A stretch of 64,000 bases of DNA, from positions 32,001 through 96,000 of the IMG/VR virus record IMGVR_UViG_3300046779_001442; one strand, written 5' to 3'. Source of the stretch: a virus. Positions 45,879 through 52,850 of this stretch are shown one piece after another. Below the pieces are notes generated by a model. The model did not search any database and was not told where the DNA came from. It was given only the letters and a program-made list of their open reading frames with translations. The translations under genes and the position numbers were made by a program. The first letter of the stretch is position 1. The number at the start of each line of letters is the position of its first letter.

Positions 45879-48104
45879 TTGAAGAAGTCTTGGGCTATAA
45901 TTGCCCTACTTTTACTCACAGGAGTGATGACACTCTGGCCACTTTCTGCATATGCTGATGAAGTGGTAAATAGTGCTACCGTAACTGTTGTTCAGCAGGA
46001 TGAGCTGACTACTGTGGTTGTTGCAATAGAAACTGCCAACTCAGACCTGGTTGTTGTTTCTCAAAATATGGATGCTGCGGTACAGCAATCAGGATCTGTT
46101 TCAGTGACAGAAACAATTGCCAATGCTATAACTACAGCAACTAATGCCATATCTGTTGCCTCAGATGCCGTAGATCAAGCTGAGGTAGCTGTTGAGCAAG
46201 CAAATATAAAGATTTCTATAGCCGATGGAGCTACAGCAACTGTAGAGCAGGCTGAGGCAAACCTAAGTGTAGCACAGCAAGATTTGGTAAATGCAACAGC
46301 AGACCTAGCAGAGGCAACTGCAAATGTTGATGCTCAAGAGGTTATAGTAGCTACAGACATTCAGAATGTACAGGCTGCACAAGCTGCAGTGGATCAAGCT
46401 ATTGGTAGTGCCCCTGGCCTTAAGGCTGAGGTATATAATATGGTTGGCTACAATAATGCACCACCACTGCCAGAAACAATTGGCAAGACTCCAGTGGTTA
46501 CAACAACAGTAACTCAGATTAGTTTTGACTGGGGTGGGGGTACAGCATTCAATGCATTGTCCGAAGACTTTATAGTTAAGTTTAGTGGTAACATTACCTC
46601 TCAATATACTGGAACTATTGGGCTATACGCCCCTGCTGATGATGGAGTTATCCTTAAGCTAGATGGACAAACAGTTATTAATGACTGGTATGACAAGGGT
46701 GGCGGTGGAACTGCTGTTACATATAATGTGCAGGCAGGAGACCCAATTCCGCTAACACTATACTATTATGAAAATGGTGGTGGAGCACATGTTAACCTAA
46801 TGTGGACTCAAGGTGGTAGTTGGTCTATTGTTCCAGCAAGTGCATTCACCACTACAACAGGAACTGCTACACAAGAACAATTGAGTACACTTTCAAGTGC
46901 ACAAACACAATTGCAATCTGATCAAACAGCACTAGCTGGGTTACAGCAAATTGAAACTAGCATGCAAAATAATTTTAACTCATCCTCTGACACTCTTGCA
47001 ACAGCAGTGCTTGCAGTAGTTGAAGCAGAGGAGTCGGAGACAGCAGCAATACAGGATGCTAATCAAGCAATTCAAACTGCAGTAGAGTTATCTGCAACTG
47101 CTACACAGGCTGTTGAGGATGCAGGGCAGTCCGTATCTAATTTGTCTACAGTTATTGCTCAGCAATCTGCAGCAGAAGAAGCTGCTAGACAGGCAGCTAT
47201 TGCTGCTGAGCAAGCAAGACTAGCAGCAGAAGCTGCAGCAAGAGCAGAGGCGGAAAGATTAAGGCTAGAGGCAGAGGCTAAAGCTGCTGCAGAAGCAGCT
47301 GCAAAAGCAGAAGCAGAAAGATTAGCTGCTGAAGCAAAAGCTGCAGAAGAAGAAAGATTGAGACTTGAAGCAGAAGCCAAGGCAGCTGAAGAAGAAAGAC
47401 TGAGGCTTGAGGAAGAGGCAAGACTAGCTGCAGAAGCAGAAGCCAAGGCCAAGGCAGAAGCAGAAGCACTTGCCAAAGCTGAAGAAGAGGCAAGGATAGA
47501 AGCAGAAAGATTAGCTGCAGAAGAAGCTGCTAAAGCTGAGGCAGAAAGATTAGAAGCAGAAGCACTTGCAGAGGCAGAAAGATTGGCAGAAGAAAAAGCA
47601 AGGTTAGAGGCAGAACAAAAGGCTGCAGAAGAAGCTGCAAAGATTGAAAACGTTGTAAAAGATGCTGAGGCAGACGGGGTAGTTACAGAAGAAGAGAAAG
47701 AGGCTATTGTCTCATCTCTAATAGAAGAGCTAAAGCCAGGAGAAGCATTGTCTAGCGAACAGATACAGGCAGCAGGAATATCCTACTCTGATCTACCACC
47801 TTCAACACCAGTTGATGTTAGAACAGATGAGAGTGGAAATGCTGTTGTAATTACTGCTGAGGTAGCAGCAGACATTGAATTGATTTCTGACCCAGGAGCA
47901 TTCGTAGGAGAATTGCTTTCTGATCCAGGAGCAGCCATTGCTGCCCTTGGTTCTATTGGTGCAGATATGAGCCCTGCTGAGAGAGAAGAGGCTCAACACA
48001 TGGTAGTCGCAACAGTAGTTGCTGCAGGTGCAGCGATGAACGCAGTTTCTGTTGCATCATCAGGTGGTACTACAGGTGGGTCTAACAATACAAGGAGATC
48101 ATAA
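45879..48104 (+). CDS. Secreted/surface coiled-coil protein with PA14 domain
   Basis: Signal peptide; FDWGGG, ADDGV.L..DG, YYENGGGA; Ala/Glu/Arg repeats. Confidence 0.8.
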   Translation: MKKSWAIIALLLLTGVMTLWPLSAYADEVVNSATVTVVQQDELTTVVVAIETANSDLVVVSQNMDAAVQQSGSVSVTETIANAITTATNAISVASDAVDQAEVAVEQANIKISIADGATATVEQAEANLSVAQQDLVNATADLAEATANVDAQEVIVATDIQNVQAAQAAVDQAIGSAPGLKAEVYNMVGYNNAPPLPETIGKTPVVTTTVTQISFDWGGGTAFNALSEDFIVKFSGNITSQYTGTIGLYAPADDGVILKLDGQTVINDWYDKGGGGTAVTYNVQAGDPIPLTLYYYENGGGAHVNLMWTQGGSWSIVPASAFTTTTGTATQEQLSTLSSAQTQLQSDQTALAGLQQIETSMQNNFNSSSDTLATAVLAVVEAEESETAAIQDANQAIQTAVELSATATQAVEDAGQSVSNLSTVIAQQSAAEEAARQAAIAAEQARLAAEAAARAEAERLRLEAEAKAAAEAAAKAEAERLAAEAKAAEEERLRLEAEAKAAEEERLRLEEEARLAAEAEAKAKAEAEALAKAEEEARIEAERLAAEEAAKAEAERLEAEALAEAERLAEEKARLEAEQKAAEEAAKIENVVKDAEADGVVTEEEKEAIVSSLIEELKPGEALSSEQIQAAGISYSDLPPSTPVDVRTDESGNAVVITAEVAADIELISDPGAFVGELLSDPGAAIAALGSIGADMSPAEREEAQHMVVATVVAAGAAMNAVSVASSGGTTGGSNNTRRS
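47160..47645 (+). repeat. EAERL/AEAKAA coding repeats
   Basis: Repeated gcagaagaagaaaga / gcagaaagattag units. Confidence 0.8.
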
Positions 48105-48106
48105 GA

Positions 48107-48277
48107 ATGGTTAAATTCTTTAAAGATATGGTAGACCAACTTTGGACGCTCCTAGGCATGTTTATTGCTTGGGTAGTTCTTGATGGTAGTGCCAAAACAA
48201 TCGTTGGGTATGCGATATTAGGAACCCTATTTGCATGGGTTGTTACCTATCCTATCAGAAACAGAGAGGAAGACTAA
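48107..48277 (+). CDS. Small two-TM membrane protein (56 aa, absent from ORF track)
   Basis: MVKFFKDMVDQLWTLLGMFIAWVVL...; SD aaggag. Confidence 0.7.
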   Translation: MVKFFKDMVDQLWTLLGMFIAWVVLDGSAKTIVGYAILGTLFAWVVTYPIRNREED

Positions 48278-48567
48278 TGGCAACTAAAAAAGAAGCAGGA
48301 ACAGTGCCAGCAAAACCCCAGGGCCAAAAGGCTCTGTCTAATGTCCTCATGAGAATCGTAGCAGTATTCGCTGCAAACGGTCTTGGAGTTCTTGGTGCAG
48401 GAGCCGTTGTTGGTATTGATACAGCACAGGCAGTATTTCTTGCAGGTTTGCTGGGCGTAGCCACAGTCGTAGAGAAGCTCGCAAGAGCATTTCTTGATGA
48501 TGGCAAGCTCACAATCACTGAAATTAATGACGCATTCGCTACAGTCGATAAGAAACAAGTTAAATAG
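48277..48567 (+). CDS. Membrane protein, holin-like
   Basis: Two hydrophobic segments, DDGKLT..EI motif; start reassigned to 48277. Confidence 0.6.
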   Translation: MATKKEAGTVPAKPQGQKALSNVLMRIVAVFAANGLGVLGAGAVVGIDTAQAVFLAGLLGVATVVEKLARAFLDDGKLTITEINDAFATVDKKQVK

Positions 48568-48584
48568 TCATTATTTGGGGTCAA

Positions 48585-48645
48585 TTGACAGAATCCCCTA
48601 GCTAGTGTATACTTATATGTAGGTATCTAAGGCTAGGGGATTTTT
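48585..48645 (+). promoter_or_regulatory. SigA promoter nested in a terminator-like inverted repeat
   Basis: TTGACA-17-TATACT; aatcccctagc / gctaggggatt then T-run. Confidence 0.7.
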
Positions 48646-48647
48646 GT

Positions 48648-49172
48648 ATGACATGTATAGTTGCAGCACGTCACGAAGATAAAATTTATATGGCAGGTGA
48701 CCGTGGTGCATCTGAAAACAATTTAATTATGTCTCTTACAAGTCCAAAAGTTTGGAAGCATGGAGAATATGTTTTTGGATATTGTGGTTCAATGGATGGC
48801 GATAGGATGAAGTATAATTTTAAGCCACCTGCACCAAAGGGCGATGACGTAGATAAGTTTATGTATACTGATTTTCTAATTGCTCTACGTGTATTCTATG
48901 AAAATTGGTGGGTAGATGTATCAAATGACTCAGACTTTGGATTGCTCATTGGTGTTCGTGGAAAGATATATGAACATAATGCTGTTGATATGTCACTAAA
49001 CCAATACATGCATGACTATATAGCAATGGGGTCTGGATCAGAATATGCATATGGTTCTATGTATTCTACAGAAAATTTAAAAGATACACGCAAGCGTGTC
49101 ATGAAAGCTGTTAGTGCTGCTATTAAATTCTCAACTTCTTGCCAAGGTCCAGTTGACATTGTCAGCACCTAG
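48648..49172 (+). CDS. HslV / proteasome-like Ntn hydrolase
   Basis: MTCIVA (Thr2 nucleophile), AGD, AMGSGS. Confidence 0.8.
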   Translation: MTCIVAARHEDKIYMAGDRGASENNLIMSLTSPKVWKHGEYVFGYCGSMDGDRMKYNFKPPAPKGDDVDKFMYTDFLIALRVFYENWWVDVSNDSDFGLLIGVRGKIYEHNAVDMSLNQYMHDYIAMGSGSEYAYGSMYSTENLKDTRKRVMKAVSAAIKFSTSCQGPVDIVST

Positions 49173-49187
49173 TGATAGAATATATTT
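49153..49187 (+). promoter_or_regulatory. SigA promoter, leaderless start
   Basis: TTGACA-17-TAGAAT, ATG 6 nt downstream. Confidence 0.75.
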
Positions 49188-49385
49188 ATGGAAAACAATA
49201 ACGACATTATTATTTTAGATAAGCAAGACATGTGGGAATGGCTACAGGTAGGCATTGATAAGGGATGGGTAACTGAGCCATTTTGCTATACACATGATGG
49301 CGACCCATATATGACAGAAGAAGAGCAGCAAGAATGGGAAGAGGGCGGAGACCCTTGTGCACCAGTAGTTAAACTTATTCAGTAG
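49188..49385 (+). CDS. Hypothetical protein
   Basis: FCYTHDG...GGDPC. Confidence 0.7.
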   Translation: MENNNDIIILDKQDMWEWLQVGIDKGWVTEPFCYTHDGDPYMTEEEQQEWEEGGDPCAPVVKLIQ

Positions 49386-49398
49386 AGGATTTTTGGGT

Positions 49399-50505
49399 AT
49401 GAAAAAATTTGCAACTGTTTTAACAACAGCATTTTTGCTAACTGGATTCGTTAATGCGTCTGAAGCTGCTGTATTCCAGCCTTGCTCTGCAAAAAAAGTA
49501 AATGTAGTAAGCAATAATAAGATATGCAAAAAGGTTGGAATTTTTTATAGGTGGGTTAGTCTACCAACAAAAAGCAAGGCTCCAATTGCCACACCCAAGC
49601 CAAGTCCAACTATAACGGCACAGCCAATAACTGCAACAGACTATTCAGTGCTGCTGACATCATTTGACGATGTTGATAAGTATCTGTTTGTTAATGACTA
49701 CAGGCTACCAACTAATAATATAAAATTTGGTCCAAGCCTTGATCCAAAAATTGTGTCTAATGGTACTGAGGCCTTTGTCTCTATTGCAAGTGTGTTCTCT
49801 ACTTTTTATTCTCCATCATATTATTATGCAATAGTTACATCAGAAAAGGACCGTGAGTGGGCAGCATCACCATCAATCAACAAGATTGACTCTAGGTTTA
49901 CTGGACTATATGGCAATACCTGTGAAAACGGTAATAGCGGAAATGAGTGGAGTTCAATTTCATGCACCTGGTCTGATAAAACAGAGTGGTACAGAATGGA
50001 ATTGCTTGCACATGAATATACTCATAGCGTAATCTATAGCACTGGAGGAACAAAGACTGGTGCAGTTAGCAACTACCAAAGGGCATTTGACATTCCTTCT
50101 TGGCTCAATGAGGGTGCTGCAACATACTATGGATGGTGGCTAGGATCTATAAAAGATAAAAACATTTCTGCACATATAAAGGGCCACCTTAACGGATTTG
50201 CATGCAGCGTTCCAGGCTATTCAGATTTACCAAACCCAGAAAAGCTAGCATCTGAGATGAAGCAGATAGAAACTGGTGCAGGGCATTCATTTAAACAATA
50301 TGGGTACGGTGCTATTGCTGTAGCAGAATTAGTATCAAAGTATGGAGGGCACAAAGCAATGCTTGACTTCTATACACAGATGCGTTATACTAGTAATTGG
50401 AAAGATGCATTTGAAAAGTCATTTGGAGTTACTCCAGATAAGTTTTATGTTGAACAATATAAAGATTTTATTAAAATGCTTCCAGACTTGACATGTAAAC
50501 GATAA
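49399..50505 (+). CDS. Secreted gluzincin-type metallopeptidase
   Basis: Signal peptide; HEYTH and WLNEG.A.Y. Confidence 0.8.
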   Translation: MKKFATVLTTAFLLTGFVNASEAAVFQPCSAKKVNVVSNNKICKKVGIFYRWVSLPTKSKAPIATPKPSPTITAQPITATDYSVLLTSFDDVDKYLFVNDYRLPTNNIKFGPSLDPKIVSNGTEAFVSIASVFSTFYSPSYYYAIVTSEKDREWAASPSINKIDSRFTGLYGNTCENGNSGNEWSSISCTWSDKTEWYRMELLAHEYTHSVIYSTGGTKTGAVSNYQRAFDIPSWLNEGAATYYGWWLGSIKDKNISAHIKGHLNGFACSVPGYSDLPNPEKLASEMKQIETGAGHSFKQYGYGAIAVAELVSKYGGHKAMLDFYTQMRYTSNWKDAFEKSFGVTPDKFYVEQYKDFIKMLPDLTCKR

Positions 50506-50516
50506 CGTGTTATAAT
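50488..50516 (+). promoter_or_regulatory. Consensus promoter of tRNA array
   Basis: TTGACA-17-TATAAT with extended TG. Confidence 0.85.
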
Positions 50517-50533
50517 AAAATACAACTTAATAA

Positions 50534-50606
50534 TGCCCTATAGCTCAGCTGGCAGAGCGTCCGACTGTTAATCGGCAGGTCCCTGGTTCGATCCCAGGTG
50601 GGGCAG
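50534..50606 (+). tRNA. tRNA-Asn(GTT)
   Basis: Cloverleaf, loop ctGTTaa. Confidence 0.92.
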
Positions 50607-50610
50607 CAAA

Positions 50611-50790
50611 CACATTAACGACGGTTGATGTGGAGTATGACCGAATAATTCCCAGAGTCAAATGGGGGGAATAAGGTACTATCGGATCTTAGCGGATCGT
50701 CTTAGCGGACAAACGGTAGGTGTGCTCAAAGCGGTACTTGACGAGCCGTATTGACTAGGCACTGGTGGTAAAATGCAATCCACCTACTCA
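50611..50790 (+). ncRNA. Candidate structured ncRNA 1
   Basis: Multi-branch pairing found by hand, twin TTAGCG-loop hairpins, no ORF. Confidence 0.6.
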
Positions 50791-50794
50791 CTTT

Positions 50795-50865
50795 GCGAAT
50801 GTTGCATAATGGTAGTGCCTCTGCCTTCCAAGCAGAAGGTGAGAGTTCGATTCTCTCTATTCGCT
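50795..50865 (+). tRNA. tRNA-Gly(TCC)
   Basis: Cloverleaf, loop ctTCCaa. Confidence 0.92.
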
Positions 50866-50866
50866 C

Positions 50867-51035
50867 TATAGGCTAATCACCTATACGTGTACAAGTGTAC
50901 GTAAAAATTCAACACTTGAGAATGTCCAGGCATTGGTTTAATCTGGCGTGTAGGCACCTCACGATATAGGTTCGGAGCTAGTCACTCGTCTTAGGAAACG
51001 ACTCAGGGATATAGATCTGATTAATCTGATATCCC
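50867..51035 (+). ncRNA. Candidate structured ncRNA 2
   Basis: Several 7-11 bp helices, no ORF. Confidence 0.5.
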
Positions 51036-51039
51036 ACTT

Positions 51040-51113
51040 GGTCTCATAGTTCAGTTGGTTAGAACGCCACCCTGTCACGGTGGAGGTCAGGGGTTCAAGT
51101 CCCCTTGGGATCG
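51040..51113 (+). tRNA. tRNA-Asp(GTC)
   Basis: Cloverleaf, loop ctGTCac. Confidence 0.92.
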
Positions 51114-51120
51114 CTCAGAA

Positions 51121-51279
51121 GCATAAGTCTGAACAACTTATGTGGAGATTGTTATACCGAAACCTGCACTGTGGACGCATCATACGAAGGGGTTCAGCCC
51201 GATGGAGATTGCTCTGCTAACCCACTAGGTATAACAGCCAATGGCAAACTTCCTTAACCAAAAGGTGAGCACGATTGGC
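51121..51279 (+). ncRNA. Candidate structured ncRNA 3
   Basis: 10-bp closing helix with nested stems, no ORF. Confidence 0.55.
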
Positions 51280-51283
51280 AAAT

Positions 51284-51357
51284 GCTTCCTTAGCTCAGTT
51301 GGCCAGAGCAATCGCCTTGTAAGCGATAGGTCGTCAGTTCGAACCTGACAGGGAGCT
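51284..51357 (+). tRNA. tRNA-Thr(TGT)
   Basis: Cloverleaf, loop ctTGTaa. Confidence 0.92.
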
Positions 51358-51361
51358 CGAT

Positions 51362-51433
51362 GGCCCCATCGTCTATCGGTTAGGACTCCAGATTTTCAAT
51401 CTGGCAAGACGGGTTCGATTCCCGTTGGGGCTA
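51362..51433 (+). tRNA. tRNA-Glu(TTC)
   Basis: Cloverleaf, loop ttTTCaa. Confidence 0.92.
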
Positions 51434-51465
51434 CTATAGCATAAAAAGTATGCTATACTATAACT

Positions 51466-51561
51466 ATGGAGCTAACTATGAAGTATTCAAACCAGCAATC
51501 GCATGTGCGATTTAGTCTGGCGTACTCTTGGCATTTAGCCAGTCTCCAGCCGAGTATCTAA
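51466..51561 (+). CDS. Putative 31-aa leader peptide MELTMKYSNQQSHVRFSLAYSWHLASLQPSI
   Basis: ATG 6 nt after TG-C-TATACT (51451-51459); second in-frame ATG at 51478. Confidence 0.45.
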   Translation: MELTMKYSNQQSHVRFSLAYSWHLASLQPSI

Positions 51562-51648
51562 TCTAACTCGCTTAAACAAATAGATTATCTAATAAAAATC
51601 CAAACAATCACAATTTAATACAATACCAAACAGTTAGTTCCATAACAT

Positions 51649-51722
51649 ATCGTATTGGTGTAGTGGTAGCACAACAGCTTCCAAACCTGTTGGCGTGGGT
51701 TCGATTCCTACATACTTTGCCA
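51649..51722 (+). tRNA. tRNA-Trp(CCA), aberrant acceptor stem
   Basis: D and T arms intact, CCA encoded; mismatches at 2:71, 3:70 and 31:39. Confidence 0.7.
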
Positions 51723-51795
51723 CCTGATATAGCTCAATTGGTAGAGCGTCTGTTTGAAGCACAGAAGGTTCTTGGTTCGATTCCAAGTGTTAGGA
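51723..51795 (+). tRNA. tRNA-Phe(GAA)
   Basis: Cloverleaf, loop ttGAAgc. Confidence 0.88.
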
Positions 51796-51796
51796 C

Positions 51797-51825
51797 TTGA
51801 CAACTAAATATAGAAAAGATATAAT
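51797..51825 (+). promoter_or_regulatory. Consensus promoter for the distal tRNA block
   Basis: TTGACA-17-TATAAT. Confidence 0.85.
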
Positions 51826-51831
51826 ATACAT

Positions 51832-51909
51832 TGCGGAGTAGAGCAGTTCGGACAGCTCAGCAGCCTCATAAGCTGAAGGTCGTGGGTTCAAATCCCACCT
51901 CCGCAACCA
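51832..51909 (+). tRNA. tRNA-Met(CAT), initiator-like
   Basis: GAGC/GCTC D stem (A11-U24), TTCAAAT T loop, CCA encoded. Confidence 0.88.
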
Positions 51910-51910
51910 A

Positions 51911-51982
51911 CTAGATATAGTGAAGCGGTATCACGCCTGTTTTGGGAACAGGAGATCGCAGGTTCAATCCCTGCTATCTAGA
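51911..51982 (+). tRNA. tRNA-Pro(TGG)
   Basis: Cloverleaf, loop ttTGGga. Confidence 0.9.
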
Positions 51983-51986
51983 CGAT

Positions 51987-52062
51987 AGATGTATGGCCAA
52001 GTGGTTAAGGCACTGCTCTGATAAGGCAGGGATCGCTGGTTCAAATCCAGCTACATCTACCA
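51987..52062 (+). tRNA. tRNA-Ile(GAT)
   Basis: Cloverleaf, loop ctGATaa, CCA encoded. Confidence 0.9.
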
Positions 52063-52063
52063 T

Positions 52064-52135
52064 ACCAATATAGCTCAGCGGAAGAGCAATGGTCTACGAA
52101 GCCATGAGTCAAAGGTTCGAATCCTTTTATTGGTA
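52064..52135 (+). tRNA. tRNA-Arg(ACG)
   Basis: Cloverleaf, loop ctACGaa. Confidence 0.9.
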
Positions 52136-52138
52136 CGA

Positions 52139-52221
52139 GGAAGTGCGTCGCAGTTGGAGAGGCGAGGCGGTCTGTAAAACCGTTGGGTGCACCTGAGTCA
52201 GTTCGAATCTGACCACTTCCA
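52139..52221 (+). tRNA. tRNA-Tyr(GTA)
   Basis: Loop ctGTAaa, long variable arm. Confidence 0.88.
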
Positions 52222-52223
52222 CT

Positions 52224-52297
52224 GTGGTACTAGTTCAATGGTAGAACGCTTGGTTGTGGTCCAAGGAATGAGGGTTCAATTCCCTCGTATCACCCCA
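52224..52297 (+). tRNA. tRNA-His(GTG)
   Basis: Loop ttGTGgt, C73, CCA encoded, T at -1. Confidence 0.9.
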
Positions 52298-52370
52298 GGG
52301 TCTTTAGCTCAATTGGGAGAGCGTCTGGTTTGCATCCAGAAGGCTAGGAGTTCGATTCTCCTAAGATCCA
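52298..52370 (+). tRNA. tRNA-Ala(TGC)
   Basis: G3:U70, loop ttTGCat. Confidence 0.92.
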
Positions 52371-52374
52371 CAGC

Positions 52375-52445
52375 AGTCCATTAGCTCAATGGTAGAGCAG
52401 CTGGCTTACATCCAGTAGACAGGAGTTCGATTCTCTTATGGACTA
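52375..52445 (+). tRNA. tRNA-Val(TAC)
   Basis: Cloverleaf, loop ctTACat. Confidence 0.9.
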
Positions 52446-52446
52446 C

Positions 52447-52519
52447 GCTTCTCTAGCCCAACGGTAGAGGCAGTAGTCTTAGAAGCTACAAAGTGTGAGT
52501 TCAAATCTCACGGGAAGCA
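52447..52519 (+). tRNA. tRNA-Leu(TAG), short variable loop
   Basis: Loop ctTAGaa, A73. Confidence 0.88.
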
Positions 52520-52520
52520 C

Positions 52521-52610
52521 GGAAGGACAATCCGATTGGCGACGGAACCTGTCTTGAAAACAGTTGAGGTGTTAAAGCCCTTGGGAGTTCGACTCTCCCT
52601 CCTTCCGCCA
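52521..52610 (+). tRNA. tRNA-Ser(TGA)
   Basis: Loop ctTGAaa, long variable arm, G73, CCA encoded. Confidence 0.9.
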
Positions 52611-52611
52611 A

Positions 52612-52684
52612 GCTTCTCTAGTCCAACGGTAGAGACATCAGATTCAAACCCTGATCAGTATAGGTTCAAATCCTATGGGAAGCA
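52612..52684 (+). tRNA. tRNA-Leu(CAA), short variable loop
   Basis: Loop ttCAAac, A73. Confidence 0.85.
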
Positions 52685-52688
52685 CAAA

Positions 52689-52761
52689 GCCCTTATAGCC
52701 CAGTGGTAGAGGTAAGCGACTTAAAATCGTTTCAGCGATGGTTCGAATCCATCTGGGGGCA
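52689..52761 (+). tRNA. tRNA-Leu(TAA), short variable loop
   Basis: Loop ctTAAaa, A73. Confidence 0.88.
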
Positions 52762-52762
52762 C

Positions 52763-52849
52763 GGAAGCATGGCAGAGTGGTCCATTGCAGCGGTTTGCTA
52801 AACCGTGGGTGTAACAGCCCCGTAGGTTCGAATCCTACTGTTTCCGCCA
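52763..52849 (+). tRNA. tRNA-Ser(GCT)
   Basis: Loop ttGCTaa, long variable arm, CCA encoded. Confidence 0.9.
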
Positions 52850-52850
52850 T

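Noticed and set aside
50607-51648. tmRNA, RNase P, SRP, hammerhead, twister or pistol identity for the tRNA spacers
   Set aside because: Diagnostic cores not found by eye; a covariance-model search is still needed
52612-52684. Sec or opal-suppressor tRNA from the TTCAAA loop
   Set aside because: Register gives anticodon CAA; body matches Leu(TAG) with A73 and no long arm
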